A stretch of 63,297 nucleotides of DNA, filler included, from Choristocarpus tenellus KU-1152 (taxonomy: Eukaryota > Protista > Phaeophyceae), in assembly GCA_964200185.2 (NCBI GenBank). It is 11 parts of 11 records of this genome, joined end to end, with 100 filler letters (N's around TTAATTAATTAA, not from the genome) between each part and the next. Parts side by side here need not be neighbours in the genome. Positions count along the whole stretch, not along the records: positions 28,788 to 35,437 come from CAXNAD020007659.1; positions 35,538 to 39,785 come from CAXNAD020015494.1; positions 39,886 to 44,337 come from CAXNAD020014487.1; 8 more parts are not named here. One strand, given 5' to 3'. Both the position numbers and the translations under genes were made by a program. Of the stretch, positions 28,788 through 41,830 are shown one piece after another (the stretch's first letter is position 1; the number at the start of each line of letters is the position of its first letter). Below the pieces are notes generated by a model. It was given only the letters and a program-made list of their open reading frames with translations, was not told where the DNA came from and did no database searches.

Positions 28788-31700
28788 GCGGTGGATGTGG
28801 AGGAAGGCATTTTGCCTATGTCTACTGTGGAGAGGGGGGGTGCAACTGCTGTGTTTCTAGAGGTGTGGGGGGGGGGCGTGGGCGGGCGGGGGGGGAGGGG
28901 GGGGGAATGTTGAGGCTTCTGTATTGTGTGAGTGTGTTACAATAACTGGAGTATAGACATTGGCGATACAAATTGTAGGACATGGAATGTTAAAATAATA
29001 AAAATAATTTATTCCATTTTTTTTAAATTTTGTGAAGGGTCTGTTCGTGAGATCTTTGACATTCATCTCTGTACAGTCATCAGTCATCTCCTACCGCCCA
29101 CTCTACGGCCTCTCTAGTGTTTGCCCGACTTTGATATTGTAGTTGTAGTAATTATGAAATCTGTGTTGTAATTTTTATTTTTACCAAGAAACCTTTTTTA
29201 TTCTTTTTTTTGTGCGTGCAGATGAGATTTTATTTTATTTTATTAGAAGGTAGAAACAGTTGCTACTAAACAAAAAAATGTTTGGGAATGATTTGTTTTT
29301 ATCGCGTTGTGAACGATGACAAGGTATACCTTTTTCTGGGAATATAGGGGTTAGGGTTAGGGCTAGGGCTAGAGTTAGATGTATGGTAGCAGCATTTTCC
29401 TGTGACTTTTATGTAATGGGAAAGTAATCAGATCTGCCGTTGAGACCAGGCTACAAACTGGATCATAGAACTGGTCTGGTAATATATCCAGTCGTGTATC
29501 TCTGATAGTCCTGGACTGAACCACAGTTGAAGTTCTGGCGGTCCTGAATCTTTCTTATTGTAATTTTGGGGACCGGTCCACAGATCGGCGTGGGGAAAAT
29601 GAGTAGATCCCATACATGTTCTAAAGATGTTGGGCAGACCTCCCGAATTGTTCAAAATACATATGGGAATAAACGTGTTTCCTTAAATACCTCAAGCTGT
29701 ATGTTTCAATCACCATATTTGAATGATCAAATGAGAGCTGCCTGGTTTAGAGCCCCATTCTCTATATACTATATTAAGGTTGTATGTGGGCCAGTGGCCT
29801 GGTCTACTTACAAAATTTGATGCCCCTAAACTGGTCATGTTGAACCATGTTTCATTGTAGCTGGACCATTACCCGGTCCAACTGAACTACTGGCGGTCCT
29901 GGACCGGTTCAGGTAACACGTATTCCACTGGGACCGACCCTCGGCCCTGTCCCGTCATGTTTGTCCGGTCTGGCGAAGAACCGCTGGTATTGTATACTAT
30001 GTACTACTTTGCTTTGACAAGTTTTTCTCAAGGATGGATGGGTATTGTTTTCCTGTCTGCCCACTCCAACACGTGCCTGGGACCCCCCCTCAAATCAATG
30101 GGAACAACAACAATAAAAGAATAAGAATAATAAGAATAAGAATAATAGCAAGAAAAAACAATAATAAAATAATATGTGAGCTAGAGTGAGCTTCCGTTCT
30201 TCGTTGATATACCCGATGGCATTTTTTTAAATTAAATGTAACTGGAGTGGAGTGTTTTGCAAAGTCTCAGGTTCATCAAGACAAGCTCCTGTCCCCCCCC
30301 CCCATTCCCTCCGATGTGCTTCTCTTGCTATTGGCTGTTGAAGGTGGTTAGTGATGGTGGGTCAGGCATGTTCCAGGTCTTGGTGACTTGCAAGGATCAC
30401 TCTGTAGTGATGGTGAACGCAACTGGAGAGCTGTGGGTCAGGGAGGAAGCCCTAGCCTCAGTTGATCAGGTACAATGCATGCACTGTTAGAGGTGGCATT
30501 ATAGTGATGGGGGAGAGGGGGGGGGGAAGGGGGGGAGACTGTGAAAGTGCTACAGCGTGTTTTGAAAGAGGCGTTGTCTGTTGTGTTTGTTCATGATTTT
30601 TCGTTACCATTTTTTTTCTAAATAGTTGCCCCAGTACATGCATGGTGATGCATGTTGATGTATGTTGATGTATATTGATGTATATTGATGTATATTGATG
30701 TAGTGAACCTTTGCGCTTCCCCCATTCCCTCCAACGGTATAGTACCATCCTTCATGTACAACACGGCAGCTTCAATGGTATAGTACCATCCTTCATCTTT
30801 TGCTTATTTTGATTTGCGCATTCAATCCTCCCATCGCAGTCCTTCCCCTAAACCTTCTTACATGACCTTTTTTATTTTTCTGCATGTATTTGTCACTGTG
30901 TTTGTATGTAGGTTGATTTTGTGGATGGTGCAAAAGATGAACTGTCTCTTTTGGTTGAGGCTGGTGTGAAGGGCAACTTGGGACATAACGTGCCTGGGTG
31001 GGTGGACCGCCTTCAGCTGCACAGGATAGAACTCATGGTGAGAAAGTCTGTATTTTGTGTGTAATTTCCAGTACATGCCCTGGTCCAAATCCCTATTCTA
31101 CTTCAAGTCCGAGTCCCACTTCAAGTCCAAGTCCTCCTTCAAGTTCAACTACTACTTCAAGTCCAAGTCCCACTTCAAGTTCAAAGTCCTAAGTCTAAAT
31201 CCAAGTTTAAATCCAAGTTTAAATCCAAGTCTAAATCCAAGTCTAAATCCAAGTTTAAATCCAAGTTTAAATCCAAGTCTAAATCCAAGTCTAAATCCAA
31301 GTTTAAATCAAGTCTAAATCCAAGGCACCGTGATAGTCCCAAGTCCCAACCCAGGTCCCGAGTCTAGTCCTAATATCCTCCCCCTGTTGTCTCTCATGTC
31401 TTGCAATCTTTGTGGAAGGGTCGCTTCAATTCCTTTTTGCATCATCTGACTGGAATGTCACTCCCCGGTGTAGAGATCCTTGAAGATGTCGATTTCGCCC
31501 ATGCTTTTGGTCTTAAGAAGCTGGTCCTCTGTACCACACGGGTGGGGAAGCTGTTTGCTTTGGACATGTCCAATGGATCCGTCAAATGGTGAGAGAGAAG
31601 AAAAAAAAAAACTAAAACAAACTTATCCCTAACCCTAATCCCTGTTAATTAGGAACAGAAAAAAATCACTCCCGATTCATTTTCCCTAATACGCCTCTGT

Positions 31701-34700
31701 ACAATGGAAAGTTAAGTTCAGTGTAGTCCCCCTCCCCCTCCCCCCTGATAGACACACTCCTGTGACATACGCTCGCCTTCCTCCCATTTGACTACTCCCC
31801 CCCTTCCCTCTACGGTTTTGACTCCCTAACCCTAACTATTTTTGCATGTATGTATGTATTATGTATGTATGTATTATGTATGTATTATGTATCAAATCAG
31901 GTCAATGCTCCTTCCTTCATTCTTGGATACATCCTACACAACTCTTCTACACTCTACACGGCCAAAGAGCATACTGGGGTACAATCCAGAGATTGTTTTG
32001 GCTACTATTGGGGTGAGATACACGTTGATCCCATTGGGTGTTGATCCCAATGGGTGTTGATCCCATTGGCTGTTGATCCCATTGGGTGTTGATCCCATTG
32101 GGTGTTGATCCCATTGGCTGTTGATCCCATTGGGTGTTGATCCCAATGGGTGTTGATCCCATTGGCTGTTGATCCCATTGGGTACGGTGTCACTCAACCC
32201 TTATTCCTATACCTGGAAGGTATACCTTAAATAGATCTATCTACCTTCAAGTTCAATTTTTGCAGCAACCTTGTTGATCATCAATTTTTTGTTTATTTTG
32301 TGCATTGTCCTGCTCTCTCTCTCTCTCTTCAGGTTAGGGTTTAGGGTTAGAATATTTTTTTATTGTGAGGTAGTTTGGTTCTGGAATATATCTATATCTA
32401 TATCTAGTGAATATAAAAAAATATGTGTTGCACAGGGATTTGGTTTTTGTGCTGAGATGGAAGAGGCATATACTGATAGAAACAAAAAAAGAGTGTGATG
32501 CCCCACATTGAGAACGAGCACAAGCAAGAACATTAGTATTGTTTGAAATCTGATAATGCTATCTTTCTTGTGTAGTTTTAATAGCCCATGCCCGCAAACT
32601 GTTCCTACTGGTGGTGAAGAGAAGAGAAGAGAAGAGAAGGAGTAGGTTCCGCCTTTGGACATTGTGTTTTCATTTTATTTAATTTGCTGTTGGTATTTAT
32701 TATTTATTTATTTTTAATATTTTTATTTTACTTTATTTTATCTTTTATTGTAGATTCGGACTCTATTGGTAAGGTGTTGTGTCTGTATCTCGAGGGTATA
32801 TGAGGATTGCTGTTACTCTTCTGTTTTTTTTAGCAATAATAAAAAGTAGGGTTAGGGTTAGGGTTAGGGAGTTGTGCGTAAGTTGCCAGATTTTTTTTAC
32901 ATTTTTGCATCTGTATGTATGTATGTATGTATGAGAGTGAATATTATTGAATCTTCCAGCCCCCTCTCTCCTCCCCCATTGATGATGCCACTCCCTGTTC
33001 CTTCATGTATATAAACTAAAGATCTACCCCTGTGTAAATACATGATAGTAATAGCAATACTGCACATGGCATCTGTTGGAATGTTCCAGTAATGGTCCAG
33101 GAATGGTCCATTGTTCTGTCGTGTGCGCTCAATCACTGCTGTTGATTCTTGGTGCTTGAAAGGTCCTGGGACAAAAAACGTCATCTAAGTGTTGGCATGC
33201 ATGCCTTCTTACCTGCTTCATGAATCAAGTTGTGATTTAGTTTGTGGCACAATATGACATGATTGTGTGATGTACCTATGATCGTGTGATGCCTTACCTT
33301 ATAATGTACCTATGATCGTGCGATGCCTTCACCTTATGATGTACCTTATAATGTACCTTATAACACCATACCGAGTAGCTGACATCCCTGATATTTAGTC
33401 AGCATCAATCTCCTTTGTACCATACTATTGCATCCCTGTACCTGTCCACCCTGTTGGAACGGTCCCGGAGTAGTCTTGAGCGTTGATGCACTTGTTGGAA
33501 TGGTCCTGGAATAGTCTTGAGCGGTGATGCACCTGTTGGAGGGGTCCTGGAACAATCTTGAGTGTTGATGCACTTGTTGGAATGGTCCTGGAATAGTCTT
33601 GAGCGGTGATGCACCTGTTGGAGGGGTCCTGGAACAATCTTGAGTGTTGATGCACTTGTTGAAATGGTCCTGGAATAATATAGCCTTGAGCGTTGATGCA
33701 CTTGTTGGAACGATCCTGGAACAGTCTTGAGTGTTTTGATGCACTTGCCCGCCCATTGACCATTGCTGTTGTTACTGCTGCAAATTGATTCCTTTGGTGA
33801 TGTCATGTGACCCCTCACCTGTCATGTCATGTCATGTGACTATTGTATAGCAAAACCTGACGCAACTTTCATGGAGGAATGCCCTGAGTGGCGTGGAGAC
33901 ATCAAAGCAAGACATACTATTCTCGGCAGCATCAGTTGTTCCCATGGAGGTCCATGACTCGGAGGGGAGACGCGTCATGATGGTGGTAGACAGGTAGTCT
34001 ATAAAAGAAATGTCATTATATTGGTATGCGTTTGTTAACTGAGTTTGCTCAGGTTTTTTATTGACAATTTGTCAATTTTTTTTTGTAGTATTTATGTTTA
34101 TTTTTATTGTTTGCCTTCATTAAACTTTTTTTGTACATGTGTTTTGCACATGTTGGGGGTGGAGTGAAATGTTATGCAATTGTCAGTCCAAGTTGATGAG
34201 GGTCTTGTGTGAGAAAAAAGATGAGAAAGAAAAAGTGGAGAGATTCAATTTTGTGTGTCAGAAAACAGATCTCTTTTTGTTTTTCTTAGAAAGAGTCAGC
34301 CTAGTTCATACAAACTTTTCAACTTGAATCTATTGTGAATCTATTGAATCTATTGTGAACTTGAGAAACAACAAAAGTCACCTACTTAGGGCTTAGGAAA
34401 GTTTTCCTCACTTTTTTATTTTTGGCTGTGGGTAGTCTTCATCTTCACCTTCACCTTTACCTTCACCTGTAGTAGTCTTCACCTCTGAGCCTCGGCTGTG
34501 TGTTGGGGTGAAGGTGGTGTTTTATTTTATTTTTTATTTGCAGTGCAGTACTGGAACAGTCTCCAACTTGTGTTTTTTTTCAAATTTTTATTTTCAGTGA
34601 AGGAGGCGTTACTGTATATCCCGACTCAGAGGAAGTCAGGGCCTCTATGTCCACTCTCCTGCCCAATGTCTTCCACCACCGCCTGTCCAATGTTGGTCTG

Positions 34701-34784
34701 GAGAGCTTTGCAGTGGTGGAGTTGGAGGGTGAAGAGGCGAAGCTTTCCTCTCTTCCTGTTGGGTCGTTGGCTATTAGTCCTAAT
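28788..34784 (+). CDS. EMC1: ER membrane protein complex subunit 1, internal portion (exons ~28788-28862, ~30344-30469, ~30912-31038, ~31419-31588, ~31901-32012, ~33851-33992, ~34598-34784)
   Basis: DHSVVMV...GELWVREEALASVDQ|VDFVD and FGLKKLVLCTTRVGKLFALDMSNGSVKW match the EMC1 W.REEALA and F...K.....T..GKLF.....G...W motifs. Downstream exons remain in phase. Confidence 0.88.
31190..31323. repeat. 12-bp tandem repeat (AAGTYTAAATCC)n, preceded by degenerate CAAGTC/CAAGTT repeats from ~31100
   Basis: Seen directly. Confidence 0.92.
32023..32183. repeat. 16-bp minisatellite GTTGATCCCAWTGGST x~10
   Basis: Seen directly. Confidence 0.93.
33450..33747. repeat. 41-bp minisatellite with alternating A/B units
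   Basis: Unit starts at 33478, 33519, 33560, 33601 and 33642 (exact 41-bp period). Confidence 0.93.
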
Positions 34785-35537
34785 GTGAGGGGCGATGTGC
34801 AAGTGTATACCTGGATGTGTAATTGATTGCGTACGTATGTATGTATTTTATGTGTGTATTGCTGTATGTATACTTGAGTTGAAACACCTAGTTATAGATA
34901 TGTACATATGGAGGCGCTTGATTGGTTCAATAATAAAATAAAATATATGTCTCAAGACACACACACACACACACACACATATAGAGAAAGGTGAATAGAG
35001 AGGAATGGAAATGCCTTCGTCATATATACAAATACCTGGGGTTTTGTTGCTGATGTTGAGGGAATAGGGGGGACTTTTGGTTGAAGGGGATGTTTTCTAT
35101 CCAGAACCCTAACCCTAATGTGCTGTGACAAACATACAAGAAAATAAACGTGTATCTGGTAGAGGGGTGTACCTTTTGACTTTTTATTATTAATTTATGA
35201 ATTTTAATTATTTATTTAGAGAAAGAGAGATTTCATTCAAAAAGTGTTTTTTCAGTGAAAAAAAAACTTTTGCTTCCAAAAAATAATGAATGTAGGCACA
35301 AGAATGTCAACAAGCACTCCACACCTTTGGACTCTGTACTCAAAGGGAACATAGTGTCAGAGAGACAGAGGGACCCTTACAGATCAGCAGCCCCCCCCGC
35401 CCCCCCCCCCCCCCACCCCCTGCCCTGTTGTGGGGGTNNNNNNNNNNNNNNNNNNNNNNNNNNNNNNNNNNNNNNNNNNNNTTAATTAATTAANNNNNNN
35501 NNNNNNNNNNNNNNNNNNNNNNNNNNNNNNNNNNNNN

Positions 35538-37860
35538 ATACCTTCACTAGGTGGGGCTCACCAGTCCTTACATTGAATGACTCAGAATACCAAATGACTC
35601 AACGTTTCTCTAGTACACGTCAGAAACACTCCGACTCTAATAGTCCCCCGACTACTTCTGGTCAAATACCCCCGCCTAAACATCCCGAATGTCCCGCATT
35701 ATCTTCTGTGCGTATATGAAATAATACTTCAAAGCATATTCTCACAAATGGTCAAGCATAATCTTGGCACACTCCCCTGCTCTGACTATGCAGTGAGAAT
35801 CAAATCAGTCCAACAATAAAACCCAACTTGAAATCAACTTATCCTGCAAACTTCAAATCTTAATTCCACACATGGTCAAACAAACTCATGACACACTCCC
35901 CTGCTCAGTCCATTCATCATGAATCCAATGAACTCAATCTGCACACTACCCCTTACTCACAGTGCATGATAGTTCTAGTGTGAAACTCAAACACGTTACC
36001 ACTCAAAGACTTCGTGAACAAATCTCCATGTTGTTCACCAGAGTTTACATACATAATCTTTACATTCCCCTCTTTTACTAGGTTTCTAACATAATGAAAT
36101 CTGATATCTGTATGTTTTGTCCTACCCCCTGAAGCTGTCTTCTCAGCCAACTTGATTGTCCAACTATTGTCTTCAAACAATCGTACACAATACTCGTGTA
36201 CAGTTGGCTCCAAAACATATATTGTACTTTTTGCAAGAACATACACCTCTTTGGCCAAATCACACAACGACACATACTCGGCCTCAGTGGTAGATAAAGC
36301 AACAGTTTTCTGCATTTTGGACCACCAGCTCACACATGCACCCCCAAACATTACCACGCCACCAGTCACAGAAAATCTTGAAATCACACAATTTGCGTAA
36401 TCAGCATCAGCATAGCCGATGAGTTGGTCCCTGGATGCATTCCCGTAAAAATTGAAATCACCATGGGTCAATCCTCTACTGCTTGTCCTCAACAAATACC
36501 CAGTAACTCTCTCAGCCCCCTTCCAATCCGTCACCGTAGGGTTTACACATTTCATTGCTAGGCTCCTTACTGCAGATGGTACATCGGGTCTCGTCATAAT
36601 GGATGCCCACATCAAGCTCCCAACCATTGCATGATAACCGTCTCTCACTGGGCCCTCCTCAACAAACTCTTTGGTTACAACAGCAGGAAGATCACAGCCA
36701 GTTGTGATCCCATATTTATCCGCCAAGTTTTCGACATATACCTGCTGGTCTATGGAAATAGTCCCTAGTCTACAATCCCTGTTTATGCGGCATCCCATAA
36801 ACTGCCCCTTCTCCCCAAGGTACTCCACTGGGAATTTCTTGTTCAGTCCCTGAACTATACTCAAAGCATGTTTAGACCCCTTGCTTGCCATAAGCATGTC
36901 ATCTACATGAATGAGCATGATCAACACCAGTTCCCCATCCAATATCCATCTAAATACACAAAGATCAGCCTCACATTGCTCCAGTCCTAGCTCCAATAAT
37001 GACGTCACAAGCAAAGCATTCCAATTCCGTGATGCTTGTACAATCCCATACAGTGATTTCTGTAGCTTCCCAACTGCCCCATCAAATTCAGCCACCACCC
37101 CTTCTGGCAGCTCCACATACAAGTCTTCCTCCAAGTCTGCATTAGTGAAAGCCCTCACTGTATCTGTCATATTCAGGTCCCATCCCAACCGTGCTATCAA
37201 AGCCAGAATCATCCGCAGGCTTGACATTTGTGATGTTGGTGAGAAGTTTTCATGCCAGTCAATTCTAGGCTGTTGTCTGAATCCTTGTACTACCAGTCTT
37301 GCCTTCCATCTCTCCACCAAGCCCACTGCATTAACCTTCCTGGAAAAAATAAATTTCATTTTTAAGACATTTGCAGTAGTTAATCTTGGAACCTGGACCC
37401 ACGTGCCTTGGGCAATTACCCCATCAATCTCTGCATAGACAGCCTTAAGCCACTCCTTAGACTCTCGAGACTCAAGTGCTTCCTTCACAGTGAGAGGTAC
37501 TGGAGGGAAATCACTCGCTGGAGTATCCCCTGGCCAACCCAGTCCCAACTCATCACCAATCATATCCTCCACGTTATGTCTGATCACAAAGGCTGTTCGT
37601 CTAGTGGTTCTCTTCCGTGCCAGGGGAGGTTGTGATGGCCCCCTATTATACTCCCGGAGCCGAGACAGCATCCTGGGTTCAGATGGTTGTGACTGCCCTC
37701 CTGACCCAAGCCTCCCACTCCCCTGCCGTGGAGGTGACGCATCCCTGTCCTCATTGGTTTGTTCAGAAATCCTCGTCCCAGATTCCAATTGCTTTTCTTC
37801 TGCATTCCCTGACCCCATGTGTTCCCTCACACTTACCTTCACTCGGGTCAAGATGGTCAT
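35538..37860 (-). mobile_element. Ty1/copia LTR retrotransposon 3' half: open RT-RNase H frame (35953-37860) followed by PPT-like tracts and a probable 3' LTR
   Basis: RT motifs WKARLVVQGFRQ, AFTNADLEEDLYVELP, KSLYG, HVDD. RNase H motifs YADADYA, STTEAEY, EDN, RTKHTDIRFHYVR. GAGCAGGGGAG-TG tracts lie downstream of the stop. Confidence 0.95.
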
Positions 37861-37864
37861 GATG

Positions 37865-39785
37865 GAGTATTAGCAATGCATGGCAATGTGAAGAATGGCC
37901 ATGCTCGGAAGACTAAAGGACCAGTTGGAAGTGGCCTCAGACCAAACCAATGTGGATATTGTTTAAGGATGAACCATCGATGGCAGAATTGCTACCGATA
38001 CTTAAATGGAAAGCCGCCGGCAACACGTCCGCCTGGGATGGCACCCGGAACATTTCCGCCACCTCCAACTCGTGGGAGCAGCAACAAAGTCGACGGAAAC
38101 CAAGCGCGCTCCTTCTCCAGTTTCAAGGTGACAGCAACGGGGAAGTTAACAAAAGTGCGGTGTTCAACTCCTCCAATGGAAGAAAAGTCGAGATATTATG
38201 TGACTCTGGAGCAATCGTACATCTTACACCTGGAAGATCTCAGAAGTACTCAGAGCACCAAACGCACATGCACCTTCGGAAACAATGGGACATTGGAAGC
38301 GAAGGAAACCGGGGATATGGTTTTAATGGTGACGGACAAGGACGGCAAACCAACAAGAGTGGTTCTGAAAGATGTTCTATGGGTCCCAGGTCTACCATGC
38401 CGCATATTGAGTGCTGGAAGTATACGACGGATTGGAGGAGAATTTCTGGATTCAGGAACAAAGGAAAGATATCTGAGGGCCTCCAAGAATTCGCCCAAGA
38501 TAAACCTACAAAAATCGGGGGAGTTCTTAAATTTAACTGGAACAAGAATCAACATGGAACAAGAATCGAGAGCCAGCGCTGCACGAGTCAACCAAAAGCA
38601 GAGGCTGACATTGAAGGACTGGCATAACATATTAGGTCACATCAACCCTTCAGCTATCAAGCACCTCGAGAAGCATGGACTGTTGGAGATCACCGATGCT
38701 ACTGTGGCGTCAGAACTGCAAGGAATGCAAGTCCAAGGCTCCAAGCTATCAATGGGGTGGCAGGACCCCCAAGCAGCCCGGCGAGGTTGTCCACACAGAT
38801 TTGGCGGGACCTTTTAAAGCAGACATCACTGGCCACCAATATTTTCAGGTGTTTGTTGACGAGTGCAGCCGAGACAAGAGGGTGTATGGATTGAAGACAA
38901 AAAACGCAGTGACGAACGCAACAACTGCTTATATCGACCAGATGGCCAGGGAAGGTATACCAGTCAAATGCATCAGTGGGGATGGTGCTGGCGAGCTTGG
39001 GAGATCGGTGAAGTTCCAAAGGATGCTGGCGAACAACGGTAACTAATGGAGGAAATCTCCACCAAGAACACTACAGAGCAATGGAATCACCGAAAGGGCG
39101 ATAAAGCAACTCATGGGGGAAGCAAGGAGTCAACTGGTAAAGGCTGGGCTGGGCGACGAGTATTGGTTCTTTGCCATCACGGACGTCGCCTTCAAGACTG
39201 GAGGCATGCCACACGAATACCTGGGAGGAGAGACGCCATGCGAGCGTCTAACAGGAAAATCGTTCAACTACGATAGGCTTTGGGCCTGGGGGAGCGAGTG
39301 CTATGTTCATCAGGACAAGCAGCAGAGAGGGGCCAGCGCAAAGTTCCACCCATACGCCAAGAGAGGTAAAATAATGGGACATGATCGCACATCATTATGC
39401 TGGCACATCTGGCTTCCTCAAGCAAGTTGATAGCCTCACCCCACGTGACGTTCGAGCCAGACAAATACATCATGGACTTCGTGGGGGAGAGAGAGACTAT
39501 AACTTCGACGGATGATGAAGAAATTTCTGAGACTGAAGACGACTCTGATCGGGATTTCGATATTGCAGTCGATCCGATACCACAAGCAACAGGCGTTGGA
39601 AAGAAGTCAAGTTCACCTAGTGGACAACGGAGGTCAGCTAGGATAGCTGAACAACCCAGGGTAGACTACAGGGGTTTACCCTCTGGAGATACAGAAGAAC
39701 TGGGAGAGAATATAGTGAATCTGCTCAGATCAAGCACGGATGATGCATACTGTTTGATGGGCATGACAGGTGACATCTCAATAGG
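37865..39785 (+). mobile_element. Decayed Ty1/copia element: gag zinc knuckle, protease, integrase, with frameshifts and a stop
   Basis: CGYCLRMNHRWQNC (CX2CX4HX4C), ILCDSGA..H (protease), WHNILGHIN (pre-integrase), VHTDLAGP, VFVDECSR, SGDGAGE, SNGITER..., WGSECYVH. The order PR-INT(-RT) is copia-type. Confidence 0.93.
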
Positions 39786-39952
39786 NNNNNNNNNNNNNNN
39801 NNNNNNNNNNNNNNNNNNNNNNNNNNNNNTTAATTAATTAANNNNNNNNNNNNNNNNNNNNNNNNNNNNNNNNNNNNNNNNNNNNCCCCCCATCGGTTAG
39901 ACTTATGGTCAGTATGGCATGTGAGTTGGTCTTGCCTTTGTGGCACCTAGAT

Positions 39953-40052
39953 GAGTCAAAGTATTTTAGAGGGTAGAGCCGCGTCCATTTGGGGGTCAAA
40001 ATCCAATGTTGCAATTAGATGTAATTTTAGCTATCGTGTTTGTTAGCAAGTG
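39953..40052. mobile_element. Truncated MITE family B (GAGTCAAAGTAT...TAGAGCCGCGTCCATTTGGGGG)
   Basis: Aligns by eye with 42977-43232 and 56464-56713. Confidence 0.8.
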
Positions 40053-40226
40053 GCTCAAAGTATCTGGGGGGGTGGCGGCTGTCCATTTGGGGTCAATTTT
40101 TTCATGTCTCGATTTTTGGGTGATTTGGTTCCATACGTTGGATAGATAATAAAAGTGCACTTTTCTTGGTTTTGGTCCAAATGGACACTCTGGTGTAGAC
40201 CCCCCCCCCCCAAGATACTTTGGGTC
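40052..40226. mobile_element. MITE with CAAAGTATCT-G-run / C-run-AAGATACTTTG termini (third variant)
   Basis: Inverted termini shared with families A and B but a different interior; no TSD seen. Confidence 0.65.
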
Positions 40227-40456
40227 TCAGCATCCTTAAAATTCAACCCTGGTATTACTTCGATTCTTTCAAGCACATCACGCTCTAATTTTGTCCTCTA
40301 GCCATTGAGAGTCAAGAAAACTGTTGAGCCAAGATTTGAACTCACAACCTTTATCAAACTCCCTCTGTCCCATAAGTCTGCATTGTTAAGAGTGTAACTT
40401 CTCAAGATGACACTTCCGACGAAAAAACGTTTTTACGTTGGATTCCTTATGTTTTT

Positions 40457-41830
40457 TTACGTCAAACACCATTCTTTGTCAATTTTCTCAAACTCATCAA
40501 TCCTCCAATCCACCACCGTGTCAAAAGCCCCTCTGTCGATTCTAACCAATTTTGGCAGACTTCCCTCATGCTGCCTTTTCTTAATTCCGGTGTGCTGCTG
40601 TACTTTGAAATGGTTACCCGCTAGGGTCTTCAAAACTCGATTGTACCACATTACGATCGTCTGCCACACCCTATCTAAAGTAGCTGCGTCATGCATGCCA
40701 TACATGCTCTTTAACCCCTTCACAAAGGTGGTCTATTTATTAGGGATGTAAGGAACCCCAAATCGCTGATATTGAGATCAGGTGACTGTGCAGGTGGCAT
40801 TACAAGCTTGATGTTCCACCCCCCCTCCCTCCTGGCTTGATTGAGCTTCCAAGGCATGTCTTTTCCCATATAGAGGGCCTCTCCGCCCTGCTGTGCGACC
40901 ACCTCCTCACTCTCTAACCATGGCATTTTTCCTTCAATGCGGGGAGAAAAGTCTCCGTGTACCTCTCCCAGTACCTCTCGGCATCGATGGTCACATCAAA
41001 GTCATACTGCCATCTCCTCTCATGGCAGGCCAAATTTCTCTGTGCTGATTCATGATGCAAATACACACCAGATTTCGACCTTGCCGTCGAAAGCACAGGT
41101 AGGATCTGGGCGTAAAACGGCGCAGATGAACGTCACCTTAGGAATGTGACTCTTGTGCTGTGCCTTGGTGGAGCCCACCCTTTCCTCCCTGGGGAACGTG
41201 TGGATGGGCTCCCCGTCACGGATGAGATAGAATCATGCTTCGTCAATATGACTCACATTGAGGCTGCTTCTGTAATTGATGCGGTTCCTCGCTGCTTGGT
41301 CAAGGATGAAATCTACCCGGTTCTTCTGATGTGTCAGCAACAGGCTCAGGGTAATGCGCTGTTTTACCTTCGTTGCGCCCATCATTTTGAGCCATCGCTG
41401 AAGCTTTGAGCTGCCGACTAGGAGACCAACTTTGACTAGTTTGACAGACATCTGGTCGAGGTTCAGTATTCGATTTTCAGCGTTGAACCTTCAAATCTTT
41501 GCTTGTTTGTTGATGTGAAGTCCAATGGCCACCAACTTCGTGAAGCTGTTTTCAGCGAAAGTGTGTTGCTATTGTCCAATTTTTCTCATACACACACACC
41601 CCCCAGTTGTCTCAGATGTTGCTTGCCAACTCTAAACTGCTCTGCCAGCTCTGGTCCAACTCCTTCAGAAGCCGTTTCTTACCGAGAGGTAGCGCTAAAG
41701 CGTAGTGTACGGCCAGTGCGTAGTGTACAATTTTTTTACCATGAGTCGATGAGTTCCTGGCGAAAGATGGCGCGGACTCGCTGGAGTGACCATATTGGCT
41801 ACTGGAATCACATTGCAAATGGTTCGGGAC
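40457..41830 (-). pseudogene. Decayed Tc1/mariner (plant-mariner DD39D-like) transposase
   Basis: HIDEA*FY, HKSHIPKVTF, FDGK, AQQGG, PAQSPDLNISDLGF and GNHFKVQQHTG are spread over several frames with stops. Confidence 0.88.

Noticed and set aside
33450-33747. CRISPR-like array (also considered for 705-1250, 32023-32183 and 44438-44821)
   Set aside because: Head-to-tail tandem units with no unique spacers, no cas genes, and a eukaryotic non-coding setting
35538-35570. Possible PBS (TGGTGAGCCCC) implying a tandem LTR element
   Set aside because: No clear LTR end precedes it and the contig stops immediately, so it cannot be supported
36911-37873. Plus-strand ORFs of 175 and 127 aa
   Set aside because: Antisense shadows of the copia RT frame
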